From a virus (Duplodnaviria; Caudoviricetes), in the IMG/VR virus record IMGVR_UViG_3300022602_000126, positions 1 through 54,893 of that record: a stretch of DNA of 54,893 bases; one strand, written 5' to 3'. Position 1 is the first letter of the stretch. The number at the start of each line of letters is the position of its first letter. Positions 28,317-36,552 of this stretch are shown here, piece by piece. Under the pieces are notes generated by a model, which worked only from the letters and a program-made list of their open reading frames with translations, had not been told where the DNA came from and did not search any database. Both the position numbers and the translations under genes were made by a program.

Positions 28317-28502
28317 CCGATTTATATTTCATTTATATTATTATTGTTTAGTTTTCTTTTACTCTACTATCATGCTAGTTATTTTTACATTTATTATTTT
28401 TAATTTATAAGCTAGTTATTTTCTTAAGTTAGTTTTCAAAGTTAGTTTTTACTACTGTTTATTTTCTACGCTAGTTATAGGTGCTAATCATAATCGCCCT
28501 AC
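28285..28502 (-). ncRNA. candidate A-rich small RNA with repeated AACUA(G/A)C motifs
   Basis: No long ORF; TAAATA box at 28513-28508, 5' hairpin, 5 motif copies, intrinsic terminator. Confidence 0.55.
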
Positions 28503-28517
28503 ATTCTTATTTATCAC

Positions 28518-28715
28518 TTAACATTTGATGCCAATTTTATCTAGCATGGCAACCGCATCATCTACCTTGCCATTCTCAACTTCAAATTCAAGCATATCAA
28601 GATAAATCATCATCATGTCGCTTTCATCAAGTTCATCCATCCACGCATACCCATCATTGTGAGTAAGTGGCTGTGTCCAACTGAACTTTAATGTAGGAAA
28701 CTTTTTCTTATTCAT
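28518..28715 (-). CDS. hypothetical protein
   Basis: Small coupled ORF. Confidence 0.6.
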   Translation of the reverse strand: MNKKKFPTLKFSWTQPLTHNDGYAWMDELDESDMMMIYLDMLEFEVENGKVDDAVAMLDKIGIKC

Positions 28716-28936
28716 CACCAAGCCTCATAATCAGTTACATCAATTCTTGCTATTTCTTCGTTCTTTTCATCAAGCGCAATAGCATCAACATGCTGTCCAA
28801 TACCATTGCCACTTGAAACAACGATCTTTACACTAGTGGCGAGCATCATTAAATCGCTGTCTAACCACTCTTTTATGCGAGTGATTTCCGCAGGAAATAA
28901 GTGAACGCCACTAGATTTAGCTTTTCTTTTAGTCAT
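28715..28936 (-). CDS. hypothetical protein
   Basis: MTKRKAK...DVTDYEAW; start overlaps previous stop. Confidence 0.65.
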   Translation of the reverse strand: MTKRKAKSSGVHLFPAEITRIKEWLDSDLMMLATSVKIVVSSGNGIGQHVDAIALDEKNEEIARIDVTDYEAW

Positions 28937-29126
28937 TACGAGGAAGTTGAGTCGCTTCTTTAACCAATTCAATAAGTTCATCAACTGAACTAACAATGAT
29001 CTTTGCGGTCTTCCATTCATCTTCATGATCACGACCACTAACTTCAATCATATAACCATTGTCATACATATTGATAGTAAATGCTTCGTTTACCTTCGTT
29101 AATTTAAAATTAATCTTAGCCGCCAT
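28929..29126 (-). CDS. hypothetical protein
   Basis: AAGGAG RBS, 65 aa. Confidence 0.75.
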   Translation of the reverse strand: MAAKINFKLTKVNEAFTINMYDNGYMIEVSGRDHEDEWKTAKIIVSSVDELIELVKEATQLPRND

Positions 29127-29145
29127 TTGTTTTCTCCTTTGTTAA

Positions 29146-29472
29146 TCACTGAAACGCACACCAAAGTGGCCCGCCGCTCTTGTGCCCATCTGTAAATTGT
29201 GTTTCGCCAAATGCTTCTTTTGTTTTAACGTTCATCATCATCTTAAATCGATTACCATTATCGGCAACTTCAACGATGACTAGCCAAGGGTTTTCAAAAT
29301 TTGAAATAGCACTGCGGAAACCTTTATTTTCCCACTGGATCATAGTTGTTCCGCCACTGCCCACAACAGTAAAGTGTTCACCACTTTGAAAATAACAGGT
29401 AAGAGTAGCAGGATTATCTGCCAATACTGGTGTAGCAAACAGCAGCGATGCTGCTAGTAAAATCTTTTTCAT
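29146..29472 (-). CDS. exported hypothetical protein
   Basis: Signal peptide MKKILLAASLLFATPVLA. Confidence 0.7.
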   Translation of the reverse strand: MKKILLAASLLFATPVLADNPATLTCYFQSGEHFTVVGSGGTTMIQWENKGFRSAISNFENPWLVIVEVADNGNRFKMMMNVKTKEAFGETQFTDGHKSGGPLWCAFQ

Positions 29473-29473
29473 T

Positions 29474-29722
29474 TTAGTTTACTTTCTTACAAATTTGTTT
29501 TCCATCTGCGCCCATACGAGGAGTGAGCGAGTAGCGATACAGATACTGACAGCCTGTTAAGTGGTCAGTATAAACATCCATGTGGCTGTTCTCATGCGGA
29601 CCATCGCTATCATCCTTTGCTTCATATGGCAATGATGCCTGATAAATTGTTAGCCCAAAGATTGAGGCACAACACAACATATAAAAAGCCCACCAAGACC
29701 ACCACTTAAAATACTTTTTCAT
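29474..29722 (-). CDS. membrane-anchored hypothetical protein
   Basis: TM helix then TD..TGCQYL...TPR....G.Q.C motif. Confidence 0.7.
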   Translation of the reverse strand: MKKYFKWWSWWAFYMLCCASIFGLTIYQASLPYEAKDDSDGPHENSHMDVYTDHLTGCQYLYRYSLTPRMGADGKQICKKVN

Positions 29723-29930
29723 CTTCTTTCTTTCTATCAAAAAGGTGCAAACCCATATACATTACAACAGCGCCAGCCAACAATCCCATTACATATGTAA
29801 ACAGCATAACACTGATTGCATATAAAAGCAAGAAAAATAAATTGGTGAACGCACAAATAATTATGGTGCCAAGCGGCCACAATAGCGGCGGCGCATCACG
29901 CTCACATAATTCTTTTGCCCAACGCAGCAT
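29706..29930 (-). CDS. hypothetical membrane protein
   Basis: Hydrophobic coupled ORF. Confidence 0.55.
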   Translation of the reverse strand: MLRWAKELCERDAPPLLWPLGTIIICAFTNLFFLLLYAISVMLFTYVMGLLAGAVVMYMGLHLFDRKKEDEKVF

Positions 29931-30289
29931 TATGCCACGCTCCAATCATAATCATCAATGGTCATCACGCTTTCAAGCCCATCATATTCATCAATACGAT
30001 ACTGCGTACCAGGTTCCAATTCACGGATAGCCAAGCGAGCAAATTCACCGTTTGCCGCCTCGCCTAATTCTTCTACAACCTGCACAAGTAGCGGATCAGT
30101 GCGTTCAATATCACGACTAGAAAAATAATGGTCATCGTCTTCAATGCCATCCTTATAATAGTGACTATCCCATCTATGATCGCCCTCAACATACAGAATG
30201 TTAAGATTGGCAAGTTCGCCATACCGCATGGTAGCCTCATGGCTCAATCCAAATCCACCGTGACACGCATTATATACAATTTTGGTCAT
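29930..30289 (-). CDS. conserved phage hypothetical protein
   Basis: KIVYN.C.GGFGLS...R.DP.LVQVVEELG...YDG.E pattern. Confidence 0.8.
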   Translation of the reverse strand: MTKIVYNACHGGFGLSHEATMRYGELANLNILYVEGDHRWDSHYYKDGIEDDDHYFSSRDIERTDPLLVQVVEELGEAANGEFARLAIRELEPGTQYRIDEYDGLESVMTIDDYDWSVA

Positions 30290-30573
30290 ATGCCTACTGC
30301 CTCTGCTCTTTTACGATCTATACTCATAATAACACTGCTGTTAATATCTGTCAAGTCTTTATTTGGCGGAAAGAAGATGTAAGCATTGGGGTCATTTACC
30401 TTTGTGCCGTTTAGCCGTATGCCACCACTTTCAATTAAGCGGTTAAACTCACTCTTACTCGTGACAAGTGCAGCATCAATGCCAACCTGTGCAAGATTAA
30501 TGTGACGAGCATATTCTGCCAGTGAAATATATTTCCAATCAGTCAAGATTTCTTCAATCGCTATTTTATCCAT
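30286..30573 (-). CDS. stand-alone S4-like RNA-binding domain protein (TyrRS C-terminal-like)
   Basis: LVTSKSEFNRLIESGGIRLNGTKV.D matches S4 consensus. Confidence 0.65.
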   Translation of the reverse strand: MDKIAIEEILTDWKYISLAEYARHINLAQVGIDAALVTSKSEFNRLIESGGIRLNGTKVNDPNAYIFFPPNKDLTDINSSVIMSIDRKRAEAVGI

Positions 30574-30704
30574 TACCAAATCCACCATGCTAATACTAAA
30601 AACCCAACCCAATCGCCATTATGACTAACGCCAGAAGAATAAGCACCGCCAGCAATGAGAGCGATTACCACAATAGTTTTAAGTATATCATAATTGCTGT
30701 TCAT
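30573..30704 (-). CDS. small membrane protein (43 aa)
   Basis: MNSNYDILKTIVVIALIAGG...WWIW; TAATG coupling to next gene. Confidence 0.55.
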   Translation of the reverse strand: MNSNYDILKTIVVIALIAGGAYSSGVSHNGDWVGFLVLAWWIW

Positions 30705-31521
30705 CGGTGAGTCCTTCAAATAAATCCATTGGATTTGCTAAATTCTTCAAATTTCTTTCTTTTAAAATCCAAGCATTGGCAAGATTATAATATTCTTGCA
30801 TCATTTCAATTCCAATGTATTTTCTGTTTAATTTCTCAGCAGCAATGCAGGTTGAACCACTGCCCATACAGTTATCAAGAACTATGTCATTTTCATTTGT
30901 ATAAGTTTTAATAAAATATTCAATAAGAGCGGTTGGTTTTTGAGTAGGATGAAATTTGTTAGGATCATCATTATTAATTACTGGAAACTGTAACACATCA
31001 CGTGGATAGCGAACAGTTGAACCACCAGGATTGCCGCTATGAGTTGCAACATGGTTATAATTTCTTTTAACTTCTGGTTTTGGTATATTGCTTTTTGGAG
31101 TTACAGAGTTCATTGGCTTATGACCATCGGTCATTTGTGGATTATAGGTTGGCAAATTCTTATAAAAAATCAACACATGCTCATGTGCCTTCATCGGCAT
31201 CTTTTTGGAGTTTAAGTGTCCTGTTGCTTTATTCTTTTCCCAAATCCACTCATACCTAAACAAGTTAAGATTAGACATTGCTAACATTTTATCAAACGGT
31301 GCTTGTGCAGTAAGAACAATAGCACCATTTTGTTTTACAATGCGATTATAACATGCCCATAATTCATCAAATGGAATTAATACATCCCATTGATTTTGTG
31401 TAGTGCCATATGGCAGATCACAAAATACCATATCAATGCTTTGTTCGGGAAATGTTTTCATAATATCTAAACAATTTCCCAAATATGTAACATTAGTTTC
31501 TATTTTCAATTTTAAATCCAT
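30688..31521 (-). CDS. DNA N6-adenine/N4-cytosine methyltransferase (beta class)
   Basis: DLPY catalytic motif, HPTQKP, VLDNCMGSGST. Confidence 0.92.
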   Translation of the reverse strand: MDLKLKIETNVTYLGNCLDIMKTFPEQSIDMVFCDLPYGTTQNQWDVLIPFDELWACYNRIVKQNGAIVLTAQAPFDKMLAMSNLNLFRYEWIWEKNKATGHLNSKKMPMKAHEHVLIFYKNLPTYNPQMTDGHKPMNSVTPKSNIPKPEVKRNYNHVATHSGNPGGSTVRYPRDVLQFPVINNDDPNKFHPTQKPTALIEYFIKTYTNENDIVLDNCMGSGSTCIAAEKLNRKYIGIEMMQEYYNLANAWILKERNLKNLANPMDLFEGLTDEQQL

Positions 31522-32122
31522 TGATATTTTCTGGTATGATTTCTGCAAACTCTGCGGATGTTTTATAATCATATATATTTTTTATGTCATAGTAAATATT
31601 AATTTCAAAGACTTTATTTGGATAATATGATTCCATGATTGGTTTAATATTAGTTTTTTCTTTGCTTTTTGCTACATTATCATAACCAGTAACAATGCCT
31701 TGATTATTAAACGTCGGCAAAATTCTAGGATAGATGTTTATAAAGAAAACTTGTTCTGGATTAATAATATCAGAATCCATAATTCTATGCATTTCACCAA
31801 TGCTCGTATTGGCATAATTCTTAGAATTTTTTGCATAAGATGAATTAATACTTTTTGCAAGAATAAAAACTTTTGGAACAGAATCTTTAAATCCAACAAC
31901 ATCAATATCAAATGTTCCACCAAAACCATCTTTTGGTAGACGCCATTCATGAACCCAATCATATTTTTCATATTCTGGGTATGAATGAATAAGTTGACGA
32001 ATAATAGCATGGTGCATCTTATGCGTCCTATGAGATGATCTCACGTTTGCAAAAGAATGTTTTAAAAATTCTTTAAATTCTTCACAGATATCTTCTAATT
32101 CTACATTCATTTCATTGTCCAT
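31493..32122 (-). CDS. putative PD-(D/E)XK nuclease (possible restriction endonuclease)
   Basis: HE.....FDIDVVG.......ILAK pattern; overlaps MTase gene; AT-rich. Confidence 0.45.
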   Translation of the reverse strand: MDNEMNVELEDICEEFKEFLKHSFANVRSSHRTHKMHHAIIRQLIHSYPEYEKYDWVHEWRLPKDGFGGTFDIDVVGFKDSVPKVFILAKSINSSYAKNSKNYANTSIGEMHRIMDSDIINPEQVFFINIYPRILPTFNNQGIVTGYDNVAKSKEKTNIKPIMESYYPNKVFEINIYYDIKNIYDYKTSAEFAEIIPENINGFKIENRN

Positions 32123-32357
32123 TTCTCATTGTTGCTAACACATATTCTTCACTGGTCATATTAGCATAGGCTTTAACATAACCTAATCTAATCGAATCTT
32201 TGATTATCGCAAGTTCAATATCAGGAATTTCTCCGTGAGGATCGCTTATTCTAATTTCAGCACGAGGCACAAGACGCAAACCATCAATAAACCTAAACTG
32301 TGGATCGTGGGGACCGACACTTACGGTATCGGATTTTTCAGCAGTGATCATTTGCAA
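32112..32357 (-). CDS. hypothetical protein
   Basis: 81-aa ORF. Confidence 0.65.
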   Translation of the reverse strand: MQMITAEKSDTVSVGPHDPQFRFIDGLRLVPRAEIRISDPHGEIPDIELAIIKDSIRLGYVKAYANMTSEEYVLATMRNGQ

Positions 32358-32509
32358 ATCTCGTTGATTTCTGCAACTGTGCGTGTGGTCTTGGCATATT
32401 CTACTTTACAACTGCTCTTCTGCCAACTATCAACACCTGCACCAACCATAATAGCAGACATAACAACCGCCATCATAATAAAATACCATTTATATTCTGC
32501 TTCAAACAT
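32348..32509 (-). CDS. small membrane protein (53 aa)
   Basis: Read manually, MFEAEYKWYFIMMAVV...; GAGGAG RBS. Confidence 0.55.
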   Translation of the reverse strand: MFEAEYKWYFIMMAVVMSAIMVGAGVDSWQKSSCKVEYAKTTRTVAEINEICK

Positions 32510-32789
32510 TTATATTCTCCTCACTGCATTTTGGACACAACAGAGTGCGTGTCATTTCTTGTATCTCTGGACTTTCAAATCTTGCAAACCCATCCCATAG
32601 CGGTTCTATCTTGTAATAAGAATAGTTCCAACCACGCAACTGTTCTTTACGTTTCAAACTGCGATTGTCAATATTATCAGCCAAATTATCTTTATCGTTT
32701 TCCTCGTGTGCGTGTTCTTCCGTATGATTGCATGCATCACAGGTAAGCGTAATATGATATGTTTTAACTGTGAAGGTATCTAACCCCAT
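32502..32789 (-). CDS. hypothetical protein with two CxxC motifs
   Basis: CDAC...CPKC; start coupled to upstream TGA. Confidence 0.6.
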   Translation of the reverse strand: MGLDTFTVKTYHITLTCDACNHTEEHAHEENDKDNLADNIDNRSLKRKEQLRGWNYSYYKIEPLWDGFARFESPEIQEMTRTLLCPKCSEENINV

Positions 32790-32968
32790 CAGTAAGTCTC
32801 TACTTCTTTCAACAACCGCTGACAGCGTTTGCGCCAATCATCACGCTGCTGTTGTGCCTTTTCATAACTCAATTCATACGAGTCATTGGCAATGAACCAT
32901 ACCAAATCACGATACTTTTCTAACTTGGCAATCTGTTCACGGATTGCTGCAATTTCTGCTTCCATCAT
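32789..32968 (-). CDS. hypothetical protein (59 aa)
   Basis: Read manually, MMEAEIAAIREQIAKLEKYRD...; GGAG RBS. Confidence 0.6.
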   Translation of the reverse strand: MMEAEIAAIREQIAKLEKYRDLVWFIANDSYELSYEKAQQQRDDWRKRCQRLLKEVETY

Positions 32969-33195
32969 TCAACTCCAAAGTGTTTCTTTATATCATCACG
33001 AATCTGTTGAGCAGTGCCATCAATCGTAGCATGCGCATCACACCATTCCATACATTCACGCACAATCAACTGCGCAAACTTCTCAACATCTTCTTGTTCG
33101 GCATTGCCATTAATGAAGTAATGCCTTGGTGTTTCATGATCTACATAGTTCAATAGTCCCGCATCAAGTGCGAGTTCTTTAATTCGCTCGTTCAT
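32965..33195 (-). CDS. conserved phage hypothetical protein
   Basis: MNERIKELA...EKFAQLIVREC...IKKHFGVE pattern. Confidence 0.75.
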   Translation of the reverse strand: MNERIKELALDAGLLNYVDHETPRHYFINGNAEQEDVEKFAQLIVRECMEWCDAHATIDGTAQQIRDDIKKHFGVE

Positions 33196-33496
33196 CATCC
33201 CAATTTTCCCAACACTCATACTCATCGTCCCAATGACGATCATCATATAATTTAATACTAACATAGAACCACAGAATTGTCAAGTCAAATTGTGGACCAG
33301 CATGATCACGACCAAACCACCAAGTGTCAAGATTGATACTAAAAAACTCATCCAAACCGCTCCAAAATGAAACTTGTATTTCAAAATTTTTATGTTTGGT
33401 AATGCGGTAATTTCGTAAAAAAACATTACGAGTTGATACCCAAGACTTGGCAAATGGATTGCCTATCCGTAAATGAAATCCTATCATTCTACCCAC
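33179..33496 (-). CDS. hypothetical protein
   Basis: 105-aa ORF. Confidence 0.65.
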   Translation of the reverse strand: MGRMIGFHLRIGNPFAKSWVSTRNVFLRNYRITKHKNFEIQVSFWSGLDEFFSINLDTWWFGRDHAGPQFDLTILWFYVSIKLYDDRHWDDEYECWENWDDERAN

Positions 33497-33672
33497 CTCA
33501 TTAAAAATAATACATACGCTGACTTATCAAAGAAATCAATGGTTTCCCAACCACGATAACCAAATGAATTTTTTGGTAAGGTATCCGTGCACCATTTTAG
33601 TATCTCTTGGAACGAAGCGATACCATTATACTGCCATTGATACCATTGCAAATTATCTCTTATCATCCCCAC
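33484..33672 (-). CDS. hypothetical protein
   Basis: C-terminal F.MRW motif shared with neighbours. Confidence 0.6.
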   Translation of the reverse strand: MGMIRDNLQWYQWQYNGIASFQEILKWCTDTLPKNSFGYRGWETIDFFDKSAYVLFLMRWVE

Positions 33673-34076
33673 CTCATTACAAAGTGTGTTAAATCTTCTG
33701 CTCGCTTGAACTTGAAAACAAACACCGTTGGCTCTAAACTTATAAGTGTAATATTATTTGCTACAATATCGTTGGCTTCTGACCATGATGTTTTTTCAGG
33801 ATTGTCAATGTTTTCTGCAACCCATTGTCGTATTTCAAGATATAATTCTTTAATAGTAGATACATGAGCACCTTCAACAATTGTAACATTAGCCTGATGT
33901 TTATACCTGTAATTGACATATTTGGCAAGCGCCCACGATTTGCAGTCTTTTAATTTGCTACGCCAGTTATTCCTATGAATATCAAATCCTACTGCAATCA
34001 TGGCACATACACCGTAGCATACAACCATGATTGCATCAGTTGCGACAACCCAATCTGGAATTGTGATGACTAACAT
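33663..34076 (-). CDS. hypothetical protein
   Basis: 137 aa, C-terminal F.MRW. Confidence 0.65.
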   Translation of the reverse strand: MLVITIPDWVVATDAIMVVCYGVCAMIAVGFDIHRNNWRSKLKDCKSWALAKYVNYRYKHQANVTIVEGAHVSTIKELYLEIRQWVAENIDNPEKTSWSEANDIVANNITLISLEPTVFVFKFKRAEDLTHFVMRWG

Positions 34077-34678
34077 TAGGCATCGCCCTCAAAGTGATAA
34101 GTCCAACGATGTGAACCCCAAAGATGACGAACTTCGTCAATTTTAGTTTGGGTTCCAGTGCTACGCTTGATGATATCTAATACCATAGTTCTCGTATCAC
34201 GATGATCAAATTTGCCGAAAACAATGTTGCCAGCAAAAGCATCCTGACCTTTAATTGTAGGAAGCCATTCCAAAGCAAAACGCTTGCGGTCAAGTCCGTG
34301 AGCGATTACAGTATCAAAGTAGCGGTCATATGACTGGACTACTTGGTTCAACCCGATAAAGAAATCAGTCTCAAACTCTTCCACCCGCTTGCGGTCGTCT
34401 GGAAGCATAAATGCCTTTACATCGTCCATTTGTTCATTTACTAACAAAGAGATAATGTTCTTCTCTAACGAGATAGCATCCTTGGTCTTGTGAATACGCA
34501 GATACTCTTCGGCTTTAATCTTTACACGATACCCATCATTCCATGCAATTACAAAACCTTCAACCCCTTGCAAATCACGCACATAGTCCATGAACGCCTG
34601 TGGATTCTTTACAGGTTCATGCACATCCACGACTGGAATGTCAAATAATTTAATTTGTTCTGCTAATTGTACCTGCAT
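34076..34678 (-). CDS. RNA ligase (T4 Rnl1-like), C-terminal half
   Basis: Motif IV EGFV, motif V VKIK...Y...H; own AGGAG RBS and promoter. Confidence 0.85.
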   Translation of the reverse strand: MQVQLAEQIKLFDIPVVDVHEPVKNPQAFMDYVRDLQGVEGFVIAWNDGYRVKIKAEEYLRIHKTKDAISLEKNIISLLVNEQMDDVKAFMLPDDRKRVEEFETDFFIGLNQVVQSYDRYFDTVIAHGLDRKRFALEWLPTIKGQDAFAGNIVFGKFDHRDTRTMVLDIIKRSTGTQTKIDEVRHLWGSHRWTYHFEGDA

Positions 34679-34699
34679 TTCATCTCTCCTATTACAATC

Positions 34700-34727
34700 A
34701 TAATAACACAAATAGTATGGATGTCAA
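34700..34727 (-). promoter_or_regulatory. sigma70-like promoter for ligase C-half
   Basis: TTGACA-N16-TATTAT, back-to-back with leader cassette E. Confidence 0.65.
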
Positions 34728-34729
34728 GC

Positions 34730-34796
34730 ATAAATAATAGTGTAGGCCACGGATTCGCACTCCTGCCTACTCTATCGCCTGGGAGGGCAACAGCAA
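34730..34796 (+). promoter_or_regulatory. Endonuclease leader cassette copy E
   Basis: ATAAATAATAGT-GTAGGC-CAC-GGA TTCGCAC TCC-T-GCCTAC-TCTA-TCGCC TGGGAG GGCAA-CAGCAA-ATG. Confidence 0.85.
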
Positions 34797-35480
34797 ATGT
34801 ATTTACGAAACAAATATACCGCTTGGTATTATAATATTATAAATTACGCAAAATCAAGAACTTTATCACCTGATGTTTATACAGAAAAACATCATATTAT
34901 ACCAAAAAGTTTAGGCGGTGATAATAGCAAAGATAATCTTGTAAAACTTACCGCAAAAGAACATTTTATATGCCATTTATTATTACCAAAAATGGTTGAA
35001 ATTAATGTTCAGAAAAAAATGATATTTGCATTATGGCGAATGTCATTTGGGAAAGATAGATATAAACCTTGTTCAAGATTATATGAAAATATAAGAAAAT
35101 TAGCAGCGGCAAATCAAACAGGAACAAACCATTGGTCAAAACAACCAGGAAAAATACATAATACCAAAATTAATCATCCAAGAGGCATGTTAGATAAAAA
35201 ACATACGGCAGAAACTAAACAAAGAATGGTTTCTGCGCAAACAGGCGAAAAAAATCATTTCAAAAATAAAAAACATACGGATGATACAAAAGAACTTATT
35301 AGAGTTAAGCGAAAATCAAAAATTTGGATTACAAACGGCGAAATAGATTTAATGTTGGATAAAACTCTCCCTATACCAAATGGATTTAGTAGAGGAAGAG
35401 TCAATGGTTTGCGAGGATTATACATCAACAATATCTATAAACTCACCAGTTTCCATATAACGGGCAGCAAGCAAAGTTAA
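34797..35480 (+). CDS. HNH homing endonuclease (Mob-like) with NUMOD3 repeats
   Basis: EKHHIIPKSLGG.NS.DNLV.LTAKEHFICHLLL; KKHT.ETK repeats. Confidence 0.9.
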   Translation: MYLRNKYTAWYYNIINYAKSRTLSPDVYTEKHHIIPKSLGGDNSKDNLVKLTAKEHFICHLLLPKMVEINVQKKMIFALWRMSFGKDRYKPCSRLYENIRKLAAANQTGTNHWSKQPGKIHNTKINHPRGMLDKKHTAETKQRMVSAQTGEKNHFKNKKHTDDTKELIRVKRKSKIWITNGEIDLMLDKTLPIPNGFSRGRVNGLRGLYINNIYKLTSFHITGSKQS

Positions 35481-36020
35481 GTTATCTGTTGGATAATCAA
35501 TAACTATTCTTTGTTGGCGACTTGTCCATTCAAACATAGGAGTAATTCCGTTGGCAATACACCAACGAGAAAATTCCATATACTTTGGGTTGCGAGCCAC
35601 AAACTCTTCGGCTTGCATGGATACTTCTGTTATTCCTGCCTTTGTTCCAAACCGAATATTACCAGAGCCGTATCCAACTTCAAATGGCGAAACCATGCTA
35701 CCATCAAGTTTAGTATAAACAGTGTGTGGCAAAGTAAAGTCAAGTTTATGAAGTTGCGTTTCATCTTTTTCTTGAATATTAAAAAATTTATGAAACGGGC
35801 GGCGTAGTATCTTACCAGTAGTGCTGCAAAATATCATCCCCCTACATTCTCTGCGGATGGCATCATTGACCGTTTCTACTGGCGGAAAAGTATCTGCAAG
35901 ATTTACATGGTAATTGACTACCATGTATTCTCCACGATCATTGATTGCAAATTCATCACGACCCGCAATAGCAGGACGAACCTGATCAAGGTGGGTGATA
36001 CGGGGAAATTCGTAGCGCAT
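35418..36020 (-). CDS. RNA ligase (T4 Rnl1-like), N-terminal half
   Basis: RECRG, RPFHKFFN, motif I KLDGS, T.MFEW...QRIV..Y; ends ETGEFIDIVDV*. Confidence 0.88.
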   Translation of the reverse strand: MRYEFPRITHLDQVRPAIAGRDEFAINDRGEYMVVNYHVNLADTFPPVETVNDAIRRECRGMIFCSTTGKILRRPFHKFFNIQEKDETQLHKLDFTLPHTVYTKLDGSMVSPFEVGYGSGNIRFGTKAGITEVSMQAEEFVARNPKYMEFSRWCIANGITPMFEWTSRQQRIVIDYPTDNLTLLAARYMETGEFIDIVDV

Positions 36021-36081
36021 TGGTCCTACTCCTGTTTATAATTTAATATAACACAGATTTAGAGGATGTCAAGCACTATTT

Positions 36082-36546
36082 TTAATAATCTGCCAACTCT
36101 TGGTAGGCGTCATTTACCTGATTTGAGGTAATTCCAGCATGTTTATAGCCATTTATGATGGTGGTAACATACGATTGCGATGGCATACGGTCTCGCGCCG
36201 ACCATTGACGGGTAGATGGGGTCATATAATATACCCATGCCTCATACTTTTGACCGTCCACATATATTGGGACAATTTTCCTACCATACATGTTTGGATA
36301 GCTTTCAATATGGTCAAGATAGCGCAGCATTTGTTCATCTGGAAGTTCCCATAGGACACCATCCACATGCGATCCAGCAGTTTCTACAACATCAGCAAAC
36401 TTATAAAATTCAAACTTATAATTTTGTAGTTGTCCACGACCAATGAACTTAGCATCTTGCATAATGCCAGGATCGGTTAGCATACCATATGCAAAATAAT
36501 AAATTGGCTGACCGCCTGCTTCTAGGATAATTTCATTCATTTTCAT
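36082..36546 (-). CDS. gamma-glutamylcyclotransferase (AIG2-like) protein
   Basis: YFAYG, GVLW, LD..E.YP..Y.R, PS..Y. Confidence 0.8.
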   Translation of the reverse strand: MKMNEIILEAGGQPIYYFAYGMLTDPGIMQDAKFIGRGQLQNYKFEFYKFADVVETAGSHVDGVLWELPDEQMLRYLDHIESYPNMYGRKIVPIYVDGQKYEAWVYYMTPSTRQWSARDRMPSQSYVTTIINGYKHAGITSNQVNDAYQELADY

Positions 36547-36552
36547 GCTCAG

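Noticed and set aside
28320-28500. CRISPR array or tmRNA
   Set aside because: Repeats are only 9-11 nt, irregularly spaced and without unique 30-nt spacers; no tRNA-like ends and no cas genes.
34679-35480. Group I/II intron or intein explaining the split RNA ligase
   Set aside because: The insert is almost entirely antisense ORF plus leader, with no visible intron core or intein motifs; the N-half has a stop and the C-half its own promoter and RBS.
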